NCBI GenBank assembly: GCA_021835845.1
Contig: JAKBJU010000011.1
Coordinates: forward strand, 3,528-67,527
DNA length: 64,000 nt
Direction of reading: 5' to 3'
Source of the DNA: Pseudomonadota bacterium
Lineage (GTDB): Bacteria; Pseudomonadota; Gammaproteobacteria; Burkholderiales; JABEVD01
In this document: in pieces, positions 29,845 through 38,408 of the stretch
Numbering within the stretch: position 1 is the stretch's first letter
Layout of the letters: the number at the start of each line of letters is the position of its first letter
Translations under genes and position numbers: made by a program
The notes under the pieces: generated by a model
What the model saw: the letters and a program-made list of their open reading frames with translations, nothing else
The model's database searches: none
What the model was told of the DNA's origin: nothing

Positions 29845-31374
29845 CTATTCTTTGTCGCCGAGCCTGATCGCGTTGCTCACGAGCTGGTGCACGCCGCCCA
29901 CCATGCGCATGTTGAACCCGTAATAGGGCAGCACCTTGCTGAATTGAGTCTTGCAGATGGCACAGATGGTCGCCATGAAATTGACGCCATCCCGGTCCGC
30001 CACTTCTTTCAGCGCCTCCATGCGCGGCAGCGCGCCTTTCACCCTGAGATCCATCAGATCATCAGTCAGCAGACCGCCCCCGCCTCCGCAGCAGAATGTC
30101 TTCTCGCGGGTGGTGGCATCGGACATGTCCACGAAATGGTTGGCTGCCGCCCTGATGATGCTGCGCGGGATCTCGAACTGGCCGCCGGCCATCTCACCCA
30201 TGCGCGAGCCCCTCGCCACGTTGCACGAATCGTGGAAGGTGACGACAAGATTGTCGTTGGCTTCCGGATCCAGCTTGATGGCCTGCTTCTCGATGAGATC
30301 CCAGGTCAGTTCGCAGATGTGGGTGGGCTGCCTGTACCGCTGGTCCAGCTGCTTCTGCAGCTGCAGCGCGAACCTGTCTTCCGCCCCGTCCCCTATCCCG
30401 GTGAGTGTGTTCCAGAAGCTGTATGCGACGCGCCAGGCATGACCGCATTCTCCGACCACGATGCGCTTGACGCCGAGTTCCAGAGCCGCCTGGCGGATGC
30501 GCAATGCGATCTTCCTCATCTGCTCGTAGTTGCCGATGAAAAGACCGAAGTTGCCCGCCTCGGACGACATCGAGGAAAGCGTCCAGGAAATGCCTGCCGC
30601 ATGAAAAACCTTGGCATAGCCTATCAGGCTGTCGATGTGGGGTTCTGCGAAAAAGTCGGCGGAAGGCGTGATGAGCAGCACTTCCGCGCCCTTGACGTCG
30701 AGCGGGAAGCGCACGTCTATTCCGGTATCTTCCTTGACGTCTTCTTCCAGCCCCTCCAAAGTATCTTCGAGAGCGGGGCCGGGAAGGCCGAGGTTGTTGC
30801 CTATGGTATTGACCTTGCCGATGATCTCGTTCGAATATTTCTGGCCATAGCCCACCGAATCGAGGATTTCGCGAGCGGCCATGGTAATCTCGGCAGTATC
30901 TATCCCGTAGGGGCAGAACACCGAGCAGCGGCGGCATTCCGAGCACTGGTGGTAATAGGAATACCACTCGTCCAGCACTTCCTTGGTCAATTCCCTGGCG
31001 CCGACCAGCTTGGGAAAGAGCTTTCCCGGGAGGGTGAAATAGCGCCTGTAGACGCTGCGCATCAGATCCTGTCGCGCGACAGGCATGTTCTTGGGATCCT
31101 GCGTGCCGATGAAGTAATGGCATTTGTCGGAACAGGCCCCGCAATGGACGCAGGCATCGAGATAAACCTTCAGCGAGCGGTACTTCTTGAGCAGCTCGCC
31201 CATCTTGGCGATCGCACGGTCCTTCCAGTCCTCGACGAGTTCTCCCGGAAAGCCGAGCGCTTCCTGGATCTTGTCATTCGCGACGAACGGCTTCAATCCT
31301 TCCATGGCCCCCGGCTTGATGGCCGGGATGATCGGGATGACCCGATAGGGCGGCGCCGTAATTTCAGTAGCCAT
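29845..31374 (-). CDS. dsrK: DsrK (HdrD-like) subunit
   Basis: CVHCGACSDKC, CSECRRCSVFCP, GECGHAWR, HDSCN, CCGGGGG. Confidence 0.96.
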   Translation of the reverse strand: MATEITAPPYRVIPIIPAIKPGAMEGLKPFVANDKIQEALGFPGELVEDWKDRAIAKMGELLKKYRSLKVYLDACVHCGACSDKCHYFIGTQDPKNMPVARQDLMRSVYRRYFTLPGKLFPKLVGARELTKEVLDEWYSYYHQCSECRRCSVFCPYGIDTAEITMAAREILDSVGYGQKYSNEIIGKVNTIGNNLGLPGPALEDTLEGLEEDVKEDTGIDVRFPLDVKGAEVLLITPSADFFAEPHIDSLIGYAKVFHAAGISWTLSSMSSEAGNFGLFIGNYEQMRKIALRIRQAALELGVKRIVVGECGHAWRVAYSFWNTLTGIGDGAEDRFALQLQKQLDQRYRQPTHICELTWDLIEKQAIKLDPEANDNLVVTFHDSCNVARGSRMGEMAGGQFEIPRSIIRAAANHFVDMSDATTREKTFCCGGGGGLLTDDLMDLRVKGALPRMEALKEVADRDGVNFMATICAICKTQFSKVLPYYGFNMRMVGGVHQLVSNAIRLGDKE

Positions 31375-32099
31375 TAGCTCTCCGACTCCAGTTTTGCGGC
31401 CCAGGGCGAGAGATGGCGATGCTCCCTGGGATTGTCAGGCTGATTCCTCGAAGGCGAGAAAAACACGCCCGGGGCATGCAGCAGTTTGCTGAAGGGGAAG
31501 ATGATCATCAGGCTGGCCACCAGCGAAAGGTGAAGGTACAGCAGCGGGCTTGCCGGCAGCGGCTGCGGATCGAAATGCTCAAGCCCGAGAAAGAACGCCT
31601 TGACCCCGACGATGTCGGTATGATCCAGAAACTTCATGGAAAGTCCGGATATTGCAATCATGAGCAGAAGCGCCAGCATGAGGTGATCCGAAGGCGTGGA
31701 AATGTAGCGTATCCGGTCGACCAGGAAGCGCCGCCCCCATAGCCCGGCAAGACCGATCGCCATCACGAATCCGGCGTAAATCCCGAAAGGCTGGACCAGA
31801 TCCACCCAGGACCAGACCGGCTGGGTAAAATAACGCAGATGGCGCATCAGCACGAGCGCGAGTCCGCCGTGGAAAAGGATGGCGAACCCCCAGGTCCACA
31901 GGCTGCCCTTGAAGAGGCTCTCGAAAAGCAGAACTTCCCGGGTCATGCGCAGCACCACTCCGCCGCCAGTAGTCGGCGCAGGCGTCGTCGGAATCTTGAG
32001 CGGCGCGGGAGTGCGCAGGTAATCGCTTATCCTGTAGGCAAGGCCGCCTGCCAGAATCAGGAAGGCGGCATAGAACAGCGCTGCGAAAATCATGCTCAC
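31374..32099 (-). CDS. dsrM: DsrM (NarI-like cytochrome b)
   Basis: PAPLKIPTTPAP, FH.G...RHLRY, PFSKLLH. Confidence 0.95.
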   Translation of the reverse strand: MSMIFAALFYAAFLILAGGLAYRISDYLRTPAPLKIPTTPAPTTGGGVVLRMTREVLLFESLFKGSLWTWGFAILFHGGLALVLMRHLRYFTQPVWSWVDLVQPFGIYAGFVMAIGLAGLWGRRFLVDRIRYISTPSDHLMLALLLMIAISGLSMKFLDHTDIVGVKAFFLGLEHFDPQPLPASPLLYLHLSLVASLMIIFPFSKLLHAPGVFFSPSRNQPDNPREHRHLSPWAAKLESES

Positions 32100-32103
32100 C
32101 GTC

Positions 32104-32439
32104 TCAGATGCAACCTGTCGGCTTGGGCAACCCAGCCACCTTGCAAGCCTGCTTGCCGGGGCCGTAGGGGAAAAGCTCGTAAAGATACTGACTATTGCCT
32201 TTCTCGGGGCCGAGCTTCTTGCCGATCGCCTTCGTCAGAACGCGAACTGCAGGTGCAATCTGGAATTCGTCGTAGTATTTGCGCAGAAAATCGATGACTT
32301 CCCAGTGCTGCTCGGTCATGTTCAGATTTTCGGTTTTCGCGATGTAATTGGCGACATCCATGTTCCAGTCGGCGAGATTGACGAGATAGCCTTCTTCGTC
32401 GGTTTCGTAGGTTTTGCCATTGACTTCGATTTGGGGCAT
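32104..32439 (-). CDS. dsrC: DsrC sulfur carrier (both C-terminal Cys present)
   Basis: DEEGYL, APAVRVL, LFPYGPGKQACKVAGLPKPTGCI. Confidence 0.97.
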   Translation of the reverse strand: MPQIEVNGKTYETDEEGYLVNLADWNMDVANYIAKTENLNMTEQHWEVIDFLRKYYDEFQIAPAVRVLTKAIGKKLGPEKGNSQYLYELFPYGPGKQACKVAGLPKPTGCI

Positions 32440-32464
32440 TTCTATCTCCTCTGTGGATGGTGGT

Positions 32465-32761
32465 TCAAAGCCAGGATTGGCAATTTCTGTTGGCGACGAC
32501 CAGGTCGACGAATCCGTCATAGCCGACTGTCGATACGCCTTCAATGACGCGATCGGCAAGGCCGCGCGCCTCGATATCGGGCTGAAGCGCATAAATCCTG
32601 AAGCGCCCCATGGCTTCCCGAATCTTTTTCTCGAATGCATTTCCGGTAGTTGCGGCGTAGACCGCATCTTCGATCAACAGGATCTCCCCGCCTGCTGCGA
32701 CATTGAGGCAGGAGTCCAGGGAGTTTCCCGAAAGCGGGGATTTGTTGATGATATTCAGCAT
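32465..32761 (-). CDS. dsrH: DsrH
   Basis: MLNIINKSP, LLIEDAVY, DIEARG, GFVDLV, QSWL. Confidence 0.95.
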   Translation of the reverse strand: MLNIINKSPLSGNSLDSCLNVAAGGEILLIEDAVYAATTGNAFEKKIREAMGRFRIYALQPDIEARGLADRVIEGVSTVGYDGFVDLVVANRNCQSWL

Positions 32762-32771
32762 GATTCCCTTC

Positions 32772-33143
32772 CTAGAAACTCAGCAGGACATCCTGCTCTT
32801 CCATGAGATTGCCCATTTCCGCCCTGGAAAGCACGGTCACGTCGACCAGCAGATCTTCCTCGGAGAGTCCGCGGGCTTCCAGGGACTCCTTCTCGACATA
32901 AAGCTTCTCGATGTCGTAGCCTTCGAGCGCGCGATAGGTCGGGGAAAAGTTCTTGGTTTCTATGCCCTTGGTCTGCTGTCCCTTTTTCAACTGATAGACG
33001 CCGTCGTCCAGGAACGCAAGGGAAACATCCTGATCGAACGCCGCCGTGATGAGCACCACTTCAAGCGCCTCGAGCGCATAGATCGTGCCATAGGGCGCCT
33101 TGCGGTTGACGAACATGAATTTCTTGATGCCTTCTTCGCTCAT
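32772..33143 (-). CDS. dsrF: DsrF
   Basis: NRKAPYGTIYALE, FLDDGVYQL, ESLEARGL. Confidence 0.95.
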   Translation of the reverse strand: MSEEGIKKFMFVNRKAPYGTIYALEALEVVLITAAFDQDVSLAFLDDGVYQLKKGQQTKGIETKNFSPTYRALEGYDIEKLYVEKESLEARGLSEEDLLVDVTVLSRAEMGNLMEEQDVLLSF

Positions 33144-33150
33144 TTTGTCC

Positions 33151-33510
33151 TCAATCGCCGAAAGTGACCAGGCGGTCCGCCTGAATTCCCGCCTCGACCA
33201 ATTGTCCGAGGCCGGAAATCCTGAAACCGCTGGCGAGGTTTTCATCGCGTATGCCGCGCCTCAAGGCAGCGGCCACGCAGACGACGAGATCCACGCCGTG
33301 CTCTTCCGCAAGCCTGCTCCAGCGATTCACGATGTTCCGGTCATCCTGGGGCGGCTCGGTCAGCTTGGTGGCATTGTTCACGCCGTCATGGTAGAAGAAC
33401 ACGCGCCAGACTTCATGCCCCTTTTCGATTGCCGCCTTGCAGAACAGGTAAGCCGAATCGCTCGCCTGGTGCTGATAGGGGCCTTCGTTCACTACGATGC
33501 CGAATTTCAT
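33151..33510 (-). CDS. dsrE: DsrE
   Basis: EGPYQHQA, FFYHDGV, VCVAAALRRG, ISGLGQL. Confidence 0.96.
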   Translation of the reverse strand: MKFGIVVNEGPYQHQASDSAYLFCKAAIEKGHEVWRVFFYHDGVNNATKLTEPPQDDRNIVNRWSRLAEEHGVDLVVCVAAALRRGIRDENLASGFRISGLGQLVEAGIQADRLVTFGD

Positions 33511-33519
33511 ATTCCCTCT

Positions 33520-34596
33520 TCAGAAGCGGATATGGGTCGAAGCATTGAGGTTTGCACGGGAGCCGCGCCAGTCGTCGACCAGATACTTGGTGAAAGGCAG
33601 CTCCGTCTTCTCGAAGAAACGCGGCCAGCCGATACGCTCGACCCAGTCCGAAAGCCTCTCCCATGGCCTTGCATCGGCCTTGTAGGTATAAAGTATCTTC
33701 TTCACGACTTCCCCGACCTCGGTCCAGCGCGGCGGATTGTTGGGAAGACCCGATGCCACCATCTTCATGAAAGTCGGCTTCGCCCGCGCATTCGAGTTCT
33801 TGCCTCCCACCCAGATCGCAATCTTGGAATACTCCGGATCGTTGATCTGCATCGGCGGACAGGGCGGATAGCACGCGCCGCAGCACACGCATTTCGCCTC
33901 GTCGACTTCAAGCGACGGCTTGCCGTTGACAAGCGCCGGCCTGATCGCAGCCACGGGGCAGCGCGCCACGACTGCAGGGCGCTCGCAAACGTTGGCAACC
34001 AGATCGTGGTTGATCTTGGGCGGCTTGGTATGCTGCACGATGATGGCGATATCCGCCTGCCCGCCACAGTTGATCTCGCAGCAGGAAGTGGACAGGTGAA
34101 CGCGATTGGGCATGTCCTCCTGCCTGAACTCATCTATCAGCTCGTCCATCAGGGATTTGACCACGCCGGATGCGTCCGTTCCCGGAATATCGCAATGCAG
34201 CCAGCCCTGGGTATGGGCGATCATCGAGACGGAGTTGCCCGTTCCGCCGACGGGAAAGCCGTTCGCTTCCAGTTCGGCGATCAGCGGGGCCACCTTGGTC
34301 TCGTCAGACACCATGAACTCGATATTGGAGCGTATGGTGAAGCGGACATGACCTTCAGCGAACCTGTCGGCGATGTCGCACAGCTTCCTGATGGTGTGGA
34401 TATCCATCTGGCGCTGCGTGCCTGCACGCACCGACCAGACTTCGTCTCCGCCGTGCGCGACATGGTGTAGCACGCCCGGACGGGGACGGTCATGGTATTT
34501 CCAGTTGCCGTAATTCTTCAGCAATGTCGGGTGCATGAACTGCTTGTTGTCGGGAACGCCGCTCTCTACCGGGCGGCGAAGTTGCGTTTGGGCCAT
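33520..34596 (-). CDS. dsrB: Reverse dissimilatory sulfite reductase beta subunit
   Basis: HTQGWLHCDIP, SCCEINCG, CVCCGACYPPC, NNPPRW, LNASTHIRF. Confidence 0.98.
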   Translation of the reverse strand: MAQTQLRRPVESGVPDNKQFMHPTLLKNYGNWKYHDRPRPGVLHHVAHGGDEVWSVRAGTQRQMDIHTIRKLCDIADRFAEGHVRFTIRSNIEFMVSDETKVAPLIAELEANGFPVGGTGNSVSMIAHTQGWLHCDIPGTDASGVVKSLMDELIDEFRQEDMPNRVHLSTSCCEINCGGQADIAIIVQHTKPPKINHDLVANVCERPAVVARCPVAAIRPALVNGKPSLEVDEAKCVCCGACYPPCPPMQINDPEYSKIAIWVGGKNSNARAKPTFMKMVASGLPNNPPRWTEVGEVVKKILYTYKADARPWERLSDWVERIGWPRFFEKTELPFTKYLVDDWRGSRANLNASTHIRF

Positions 34597-34608
34597 AGTC
34601 TATTCTCC

Positions 34609-35904
34609 TCAGGCAGCCTGTTGCTTGGCTTTGATTTTCGCGACTTCCTCGTCCCATCCGTCGGTCCTGACATAGGGATTCATTCTGGGACTCGCAACCA
34701 TGTTCGGATCGACATCGATGCCCATCGCATCCAGGAAATTCACCAAGCCGATGCGCTCGATCATTTCGCCGGTACGCTCATGCTCCAGCGCATTCTCGGC
34801 AAAGAAATCAATGATGCGCTGGCCGAGATCGACGAGCTGCTCCATGTCCTCGTCCGTTTCGAGCTTCATGAAGGGAACCACAACAGTGCCCATCAGATCG
34901 CCGATCTTCAGCGTACGCTTGCCCCCGACGAGAACCGTCGCTCCCTTGTCCTTGCCGGGAGAGAGCGCACCGGTCATGACATTGATGCAATGCATGCAGC
35001 GCACGCAGTCATGGTTGTCGATTTCCACGGCATGGGTGTCGCTGACGGCGACGCTGGAGACATGCTCGCCCTTCCTCACATCCTTGATTTCCTTCAACTG
35101 GAAAGCCTTGGTCGGGCAGCGCGCCACCACGTCGTTGACAAGCTCGTTCATGCCGTGCTTGGCGAACCACTTCTTCGCCAGCGCCTCATCCGTCCTGATG
35201 TTGTCGCGCCAAGTGCCGATGACGGCCATGTCGGCACGCTGAATCGAATTCATGCAGTCGTTGGGACAACCGGAAAACTTGAATTTGAACTTGTAGGGCA
35301 GCGAAGGACGATGAATATCGTCCACAAAGGTATTGAGCACCATGCGATGCGCCTTGGCTTCGTCGTAGCAGGATTGCTCGCAACGGGCAGCCCCCACGCA
35401 GGACATGGAAGTGCGCACGGCAGGCCCTGCACCGCCCAGATCGAAGCCGAGTTCGTTAATCTCGTCGAAAGCGCCCTGGACATTGTCGGTCGTCGCACCT
35501 TGGAACATGATGTCGCCGGACTGGCCATGGAAAGCGATCAGCCCCGAGCCGTGGCGCTCCCAGATGTCGGCCATCTTGCGCAGCACGTCCGTGTTGTAGT
35601 GCATTCCGGGCGGAGGCTGCACGCGCAGGGTATGGAATTCGGCAGCATCCTTGTAAATCGGCTCGCCTTTCTCATCCTTGAGTTCGGTAAAGCGCGGAAT
35701 GATGCCGCCGCCGTAGCCGAAAACCCCGACCGTGCCGCCCTTCCAGTAGCCTTTCTTGGTTTGGTACGAAGTTTCGAGCTGGCCGAGCAAATCGACCGCC
35801 ATGTCATTATCCTGAGCCAGGCGCTTCAGACCCGTAACGAAGCTGGGCCACGGGCCTTTCTCGAGCTCGTCGAGATTCGGCGTGTCGTGCATTTTCTTAG
35901 CCAT
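34609..35904 (-). CDS. dsrA: Reverse dissimilatory sulfite reductase alpha subunit
   Basis: TP.LDELE.GPWPSFV, SCVGAARCE, FKFSGCPNDC, CVRCMHC; AGGAGG RBS before ATG 35904. Confidence 0.98.
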   Translation of the reverse strand: MAKKMHDTPNLDELEKGPWPSFVTGLKRLAQDNDMAVDLLGQLETSYQTKKGYWKGGTVGVFGYGGGIIPRFTELKDEKGEPIYKDAAEFHTLRVQPPPGMHYNTDVLRKMADIWERHGSGLIAFHGQSGDIMFQGATTDNVQGAFDEINELGFDLGGAGPAVRTSMSCVGAARCEQSCYDEAKAHRMVLNTFVDDIHRPSLPYKFKFKFSGCPNDCMNSIQRADMAVIGTWRDNIRTDEALAKKWFAKHGMNELVNDVVARCPTKAFQLKEIKDVRKGEHVSSVAVSDTHAVEIDNHDCVRCMHCINVMTGALSPGKDKGATVLVGGKRTLKIGDLMGTVVVPFMKLETDEDMEQLVDLGQRIIDFFAENALEHERTGEMIERIGLVNFLDAMGIDVDPNMVASPRMNPYVRTDGWDEEVAKIKAKQQAA

Positions 35905-36025
35905 GAATCCTCCTACACATGAAATTATGGAAAGGTCCTCTCGAACCGCCGGCGATCTTGGTCGCCTGTATTCTAGACGCTCCGCCACCTGTGATATATT
36001 AGACAAGCCTGATAGTGCTGTGTAA

Positions 36026-36068
36026 ACTACCCTTCAGGGTTATACCCTCACCCCCCCTACTGGCTATA
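36026..36068 (-). promoter_or_regulatory. Tandem 19-bp box pair in the divergent dsrA promoter region
   Basis: Minus strand TATAGCCAGTAGGGGGGGT and TATAACCCTGAAGGGTAGT, starts 24 bp apart. Confidence 0.6.
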
Positions 36069-36155
36069 GACGCTTGAGCCTTGCGTCACGCTCAATATGG
36101 CTTAATATTGATATAGCAGATTTCCTTATTTTTATCACTTTGGCCCTGGAAAACG

Positions 36156-36371
36156 ATGACGCAAATCAGCGAACTGGAAAAATTCAGGATACCACTTGGC
36201 GGCCAGGAGATCGAGCTGCAGCAGGTCGATTACGCCGAAGGCGGGATGAGCCTGCTGCGGCTGCGCATCCGGGAAGGGAAGCGCTTCACCATATTCGACA
36301 TTGACCCCGTGACCGCGAAACAATGGGCCAATGCGATGCAGATCTGGGCAAATTCCGTCGATGGCAAATGA
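36156..36371 (+). CDS. Small hypothetical protein (first gene of the divergent operon)
   Basis: 71 aa, LLRLRIREGKRFTIFDID motif; overlaps next gene. Confidence 0.75.
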   Translation: MTQISELEKFRIPLGGQEIELQQVDYAEGGMSLLRLRIREGKRFTIFDIDPVTAKQWANAMQIWANSVDGK

Positions 36372-36954
36372 AATGACCGACGTCCGCTTCGATCTCGAGG
36401 GCAGATTCGTTCCGGAGGGCTATGCCTTTCCCCTGTGGGGCGAGGTGACGAGAATCCTGCCGGAGCTGGAAGATTTCGAGCTTGCAGGAATACTGCCGCT
36501 GAAGGGTGCGGCAAGCGGGGAAGGCATGCTGCTGCCCAGACGCGCCAAGCTCGCACTGCGCATTCCCACGAGTTTCGTTCGGAACGCACTTGAATTGTCG
36601 GGAAAAACCCTCGACATCGAAGGCAATCCGCTGCATGTCGGAACCGGAAACCCGAGGGAAATCGAAGCCCATCCCACGCTGCGCTCGCAGTTCGTGGCAA
36701 GCGAAAAGATCGAGACGGATTTCCTCAAGGAAGTCGAGACGCAGCTGGAAAAGCTCGAAGTATCCTGCAAATGGATCTGCGGCAGGAGACAAACCCTGAA
36801 AAACGGGGAAACAGTCCTTTCAGGCTACAGCCTGGCGGTACACGATCTCAAGCCGCCCGCCTCGATCAGGCTGCAGCAGGCGGGGCTCGGCAATTACCGT
36901 CGTTTCGGCTGCGGCCTGTTCGTCCCCCACAAGACGATAGCAGGCCTGGATTGA
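36361..36954 (+). CDS. cas6: Solo Cas6-like RAMP protein (Cas6/Cmx6, type I-MYXAN-like)
   Basis: C-terminal Gly-rich loop GLGNYRRFGCGLFVP, R..L.LRIP, L.GKTLDI.G..L.VG, S..LQ..G; about 197 aa; alternative start 36373. Confidence 0.8.
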   Translation: MANEMTDVRFDLEGRFVPEGYAFPLWGEVTRILPELEDFELAGILPLKGAASGEGMLLPRRAKLALRIPTSFVRNALELSGKTLDIEGNPLHVGTGNPREIEAHPTLRSQFVASEKIETDFLKEVETQLEKLEVSCKWICGRRQTLKNGETVLSGYSLAVHDLKPPASIRLQQAGLGNYRRFGCGLFVPHKTIAGLD

Positions 36955-36990
36955 CCGGAAGACTTTTAATTTCGTTTGGAGACAAGAAAA

Positions 36991-37320
36991 ATGGCATATC
37001 ATATCAATGGAGTTGACGTCGAAACCGATGACGACGGCTATCTGCTGGAAGCCGACTATAGCAACGAGGCAGTCGAAGTGATCGCTGCGGCAGAAGGCAT
37101 CGCGCTGAACCCGGATCACTGGAAAATCATCGACTATATGCGCGACCAATACCGCGAGCACGGCCACACGCCCAATTTCAGGAACATGCTGAAAGAAGTT
37201 CAGGAATTCTGGCCCGAGGCGGACAGCAAGGCGCTATACGACCTCTTTCCCATGGGGCCCGCAAAGCAGGGGGCAAAAGTGGCCGGCCTGCCCCAGCCCT
37301 ATGGGAAAGGCGGATACTGA
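36991..37320 (+). CDS. DsrC/TusE-family paralog lacking cysteines
   Basis: ETDDDGYL, A..EGI.L..DHW.II.YMR, LYDLFP.GPAKQGAKVAGLP.P; no Cys; ends GKGGY. Confidence 0.88.
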   Translation: MAYHINGVDVETDDDGYLLEADYSNEAVEVIAAAEGIALNPDHWKIIDYMRDQYREHGHTPNFRNMLKEVQEFWPEADSKALYDLFPMGPAKQGAKVAGLPQPYGKGGY

Positions 37321-37331
37321 AGGGACTCGAA

Positions 37332-37811
37332 ATGGAAAAAATCAATGCCAATGTCGTGCTGAATGTGAAGGGAACGACCTGCCCCGGCCCCCTTCTGGGT
37401 GCCAAAAGAATGGTGGACGAACTCGATGCCGGGCAGATCCTGCTTCTGATCTCCGACTGTCCCGGCACGCAGGATGACCTCTTCGCCTGGACGAGGCAGA
37501 CCGACAACCAGGTTGTGCATACCGAAAAGCTGCCGGACGGGGGAACGGGATATTACATCAGAAAGGGCAAGGGCCACGAATACCATGCCAACGTGCTGCT
37601 CGACATCCGCGGCGTCCTTTGCCCTGGCCCCATAGTCGAAGCCAAGAAACTGCTCAACGGCATGCAGTCCGGAGAAATCCTGAAGCTCACCAGCAACTGT
37701 CCCGGAATCCGCTCCGACATCGAGGGCTGGGCAAAAACAACCGGAATGAGCATCCTCGAAGCAGCCGAAATCGCTCCCGGCGAATACGATTTCTACATCC
37801 GGAAGGGATGA
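37332..37811 (+). CDS. Tandem two-domain TusA-family sulfurtransferase
   Basis: Two repeats each with L(N/D)..G..CPGP...AK and a second (D/N)CPG motif, each ending YIRKG. Confidence 0.88.
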   Translation: MEKINANVVLNVKGTTCPGPLLGAKRMVDELDAGQILLLISDCPGTQDDLFAWTRQTDNQVVHTEKLPDGGTGYYIRKGKGHEYHANVLLDIRGVLCPGPIVEAKKLLNGMQSGEILKLTSNCPGIRSDIEGWAKTTGMSILEAAEIAPGEYDFYIRKG

Positions 37812-38407
37812 TGCGGGTCAAGAGCCGCTGGTTCAAGGGCGATCGGGAAAAGTCCCCGCAGGAGATCGCGGGTGCGGCAGCCTTCATCCTGTGGAAAATC
37901 GCCCAGAATGCGCTGAAGAGCATGAGGAGCGCAGATTTCGGCATCGAAGCCGGTCCGCAGTACTTCGATTATCTTCAGGAATTCCTGATTTTCCTGGTGC
38001 AGATCGCGGACCGAATCGCCTTCGAAAAAATGGACAGCGATTCCAGGGTGGCCTTCACCACGGAACTTGCGCTCAGGGTCGCCGAAAACTTTGCGGAAAA
38101 CAGGAGCGCCCTGCTGGGACAGTCTTTGGGGACAAGCAAGAGCGAATTCATCACTCGCTACAACGAACGCTCGAACGTCTATTCGGAATGCAGCTTTGGT
38201 GCGGACGGCCCCGATTTTGCCTTCATCCGCTATCTCGGGCACTCTATACTGGAATTCTGCGAGGACAGGGACAAGAGCTGGGTAGTCGACCAGATCATGG
38301 CCATCGAAGCTCCGGAGGCCATCTCGACGGTGCAAAGAGCGATGAAGGGGCTGCTCGACACCGAGTCTGCCGGTCAGAGGCTGGGGTCGGGGATCGGCCC
38401 GGACTGA
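37808..38407 (+). CDS. Hypothetical protein in dsr-associated operon
   Basis: 199 aa, overlaps upstream stop codon; MRVKSRW..., EFLIFLVQIADR, WVVDQIM.IEAP. Confidence 0.75.
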   Translation: MMRVKSRWFKGDREKSPQEIAGAAAFILWKIAQNALKSMRSADFGIEAGPQYFDYLQEFLIFLVQIADRIAFEKMDSDSRVAFTTELALRVAENFAENRSALLGQSLGTSKSEFITRYNERSNVYSECSFGADGPDFAFIRYLGHSILEFCEDRDKSWVVDQIMAIEAPEAISTVQRAMKGLLDTESAGQRLGSGIGPD

Positions 38408-38408
38408 A

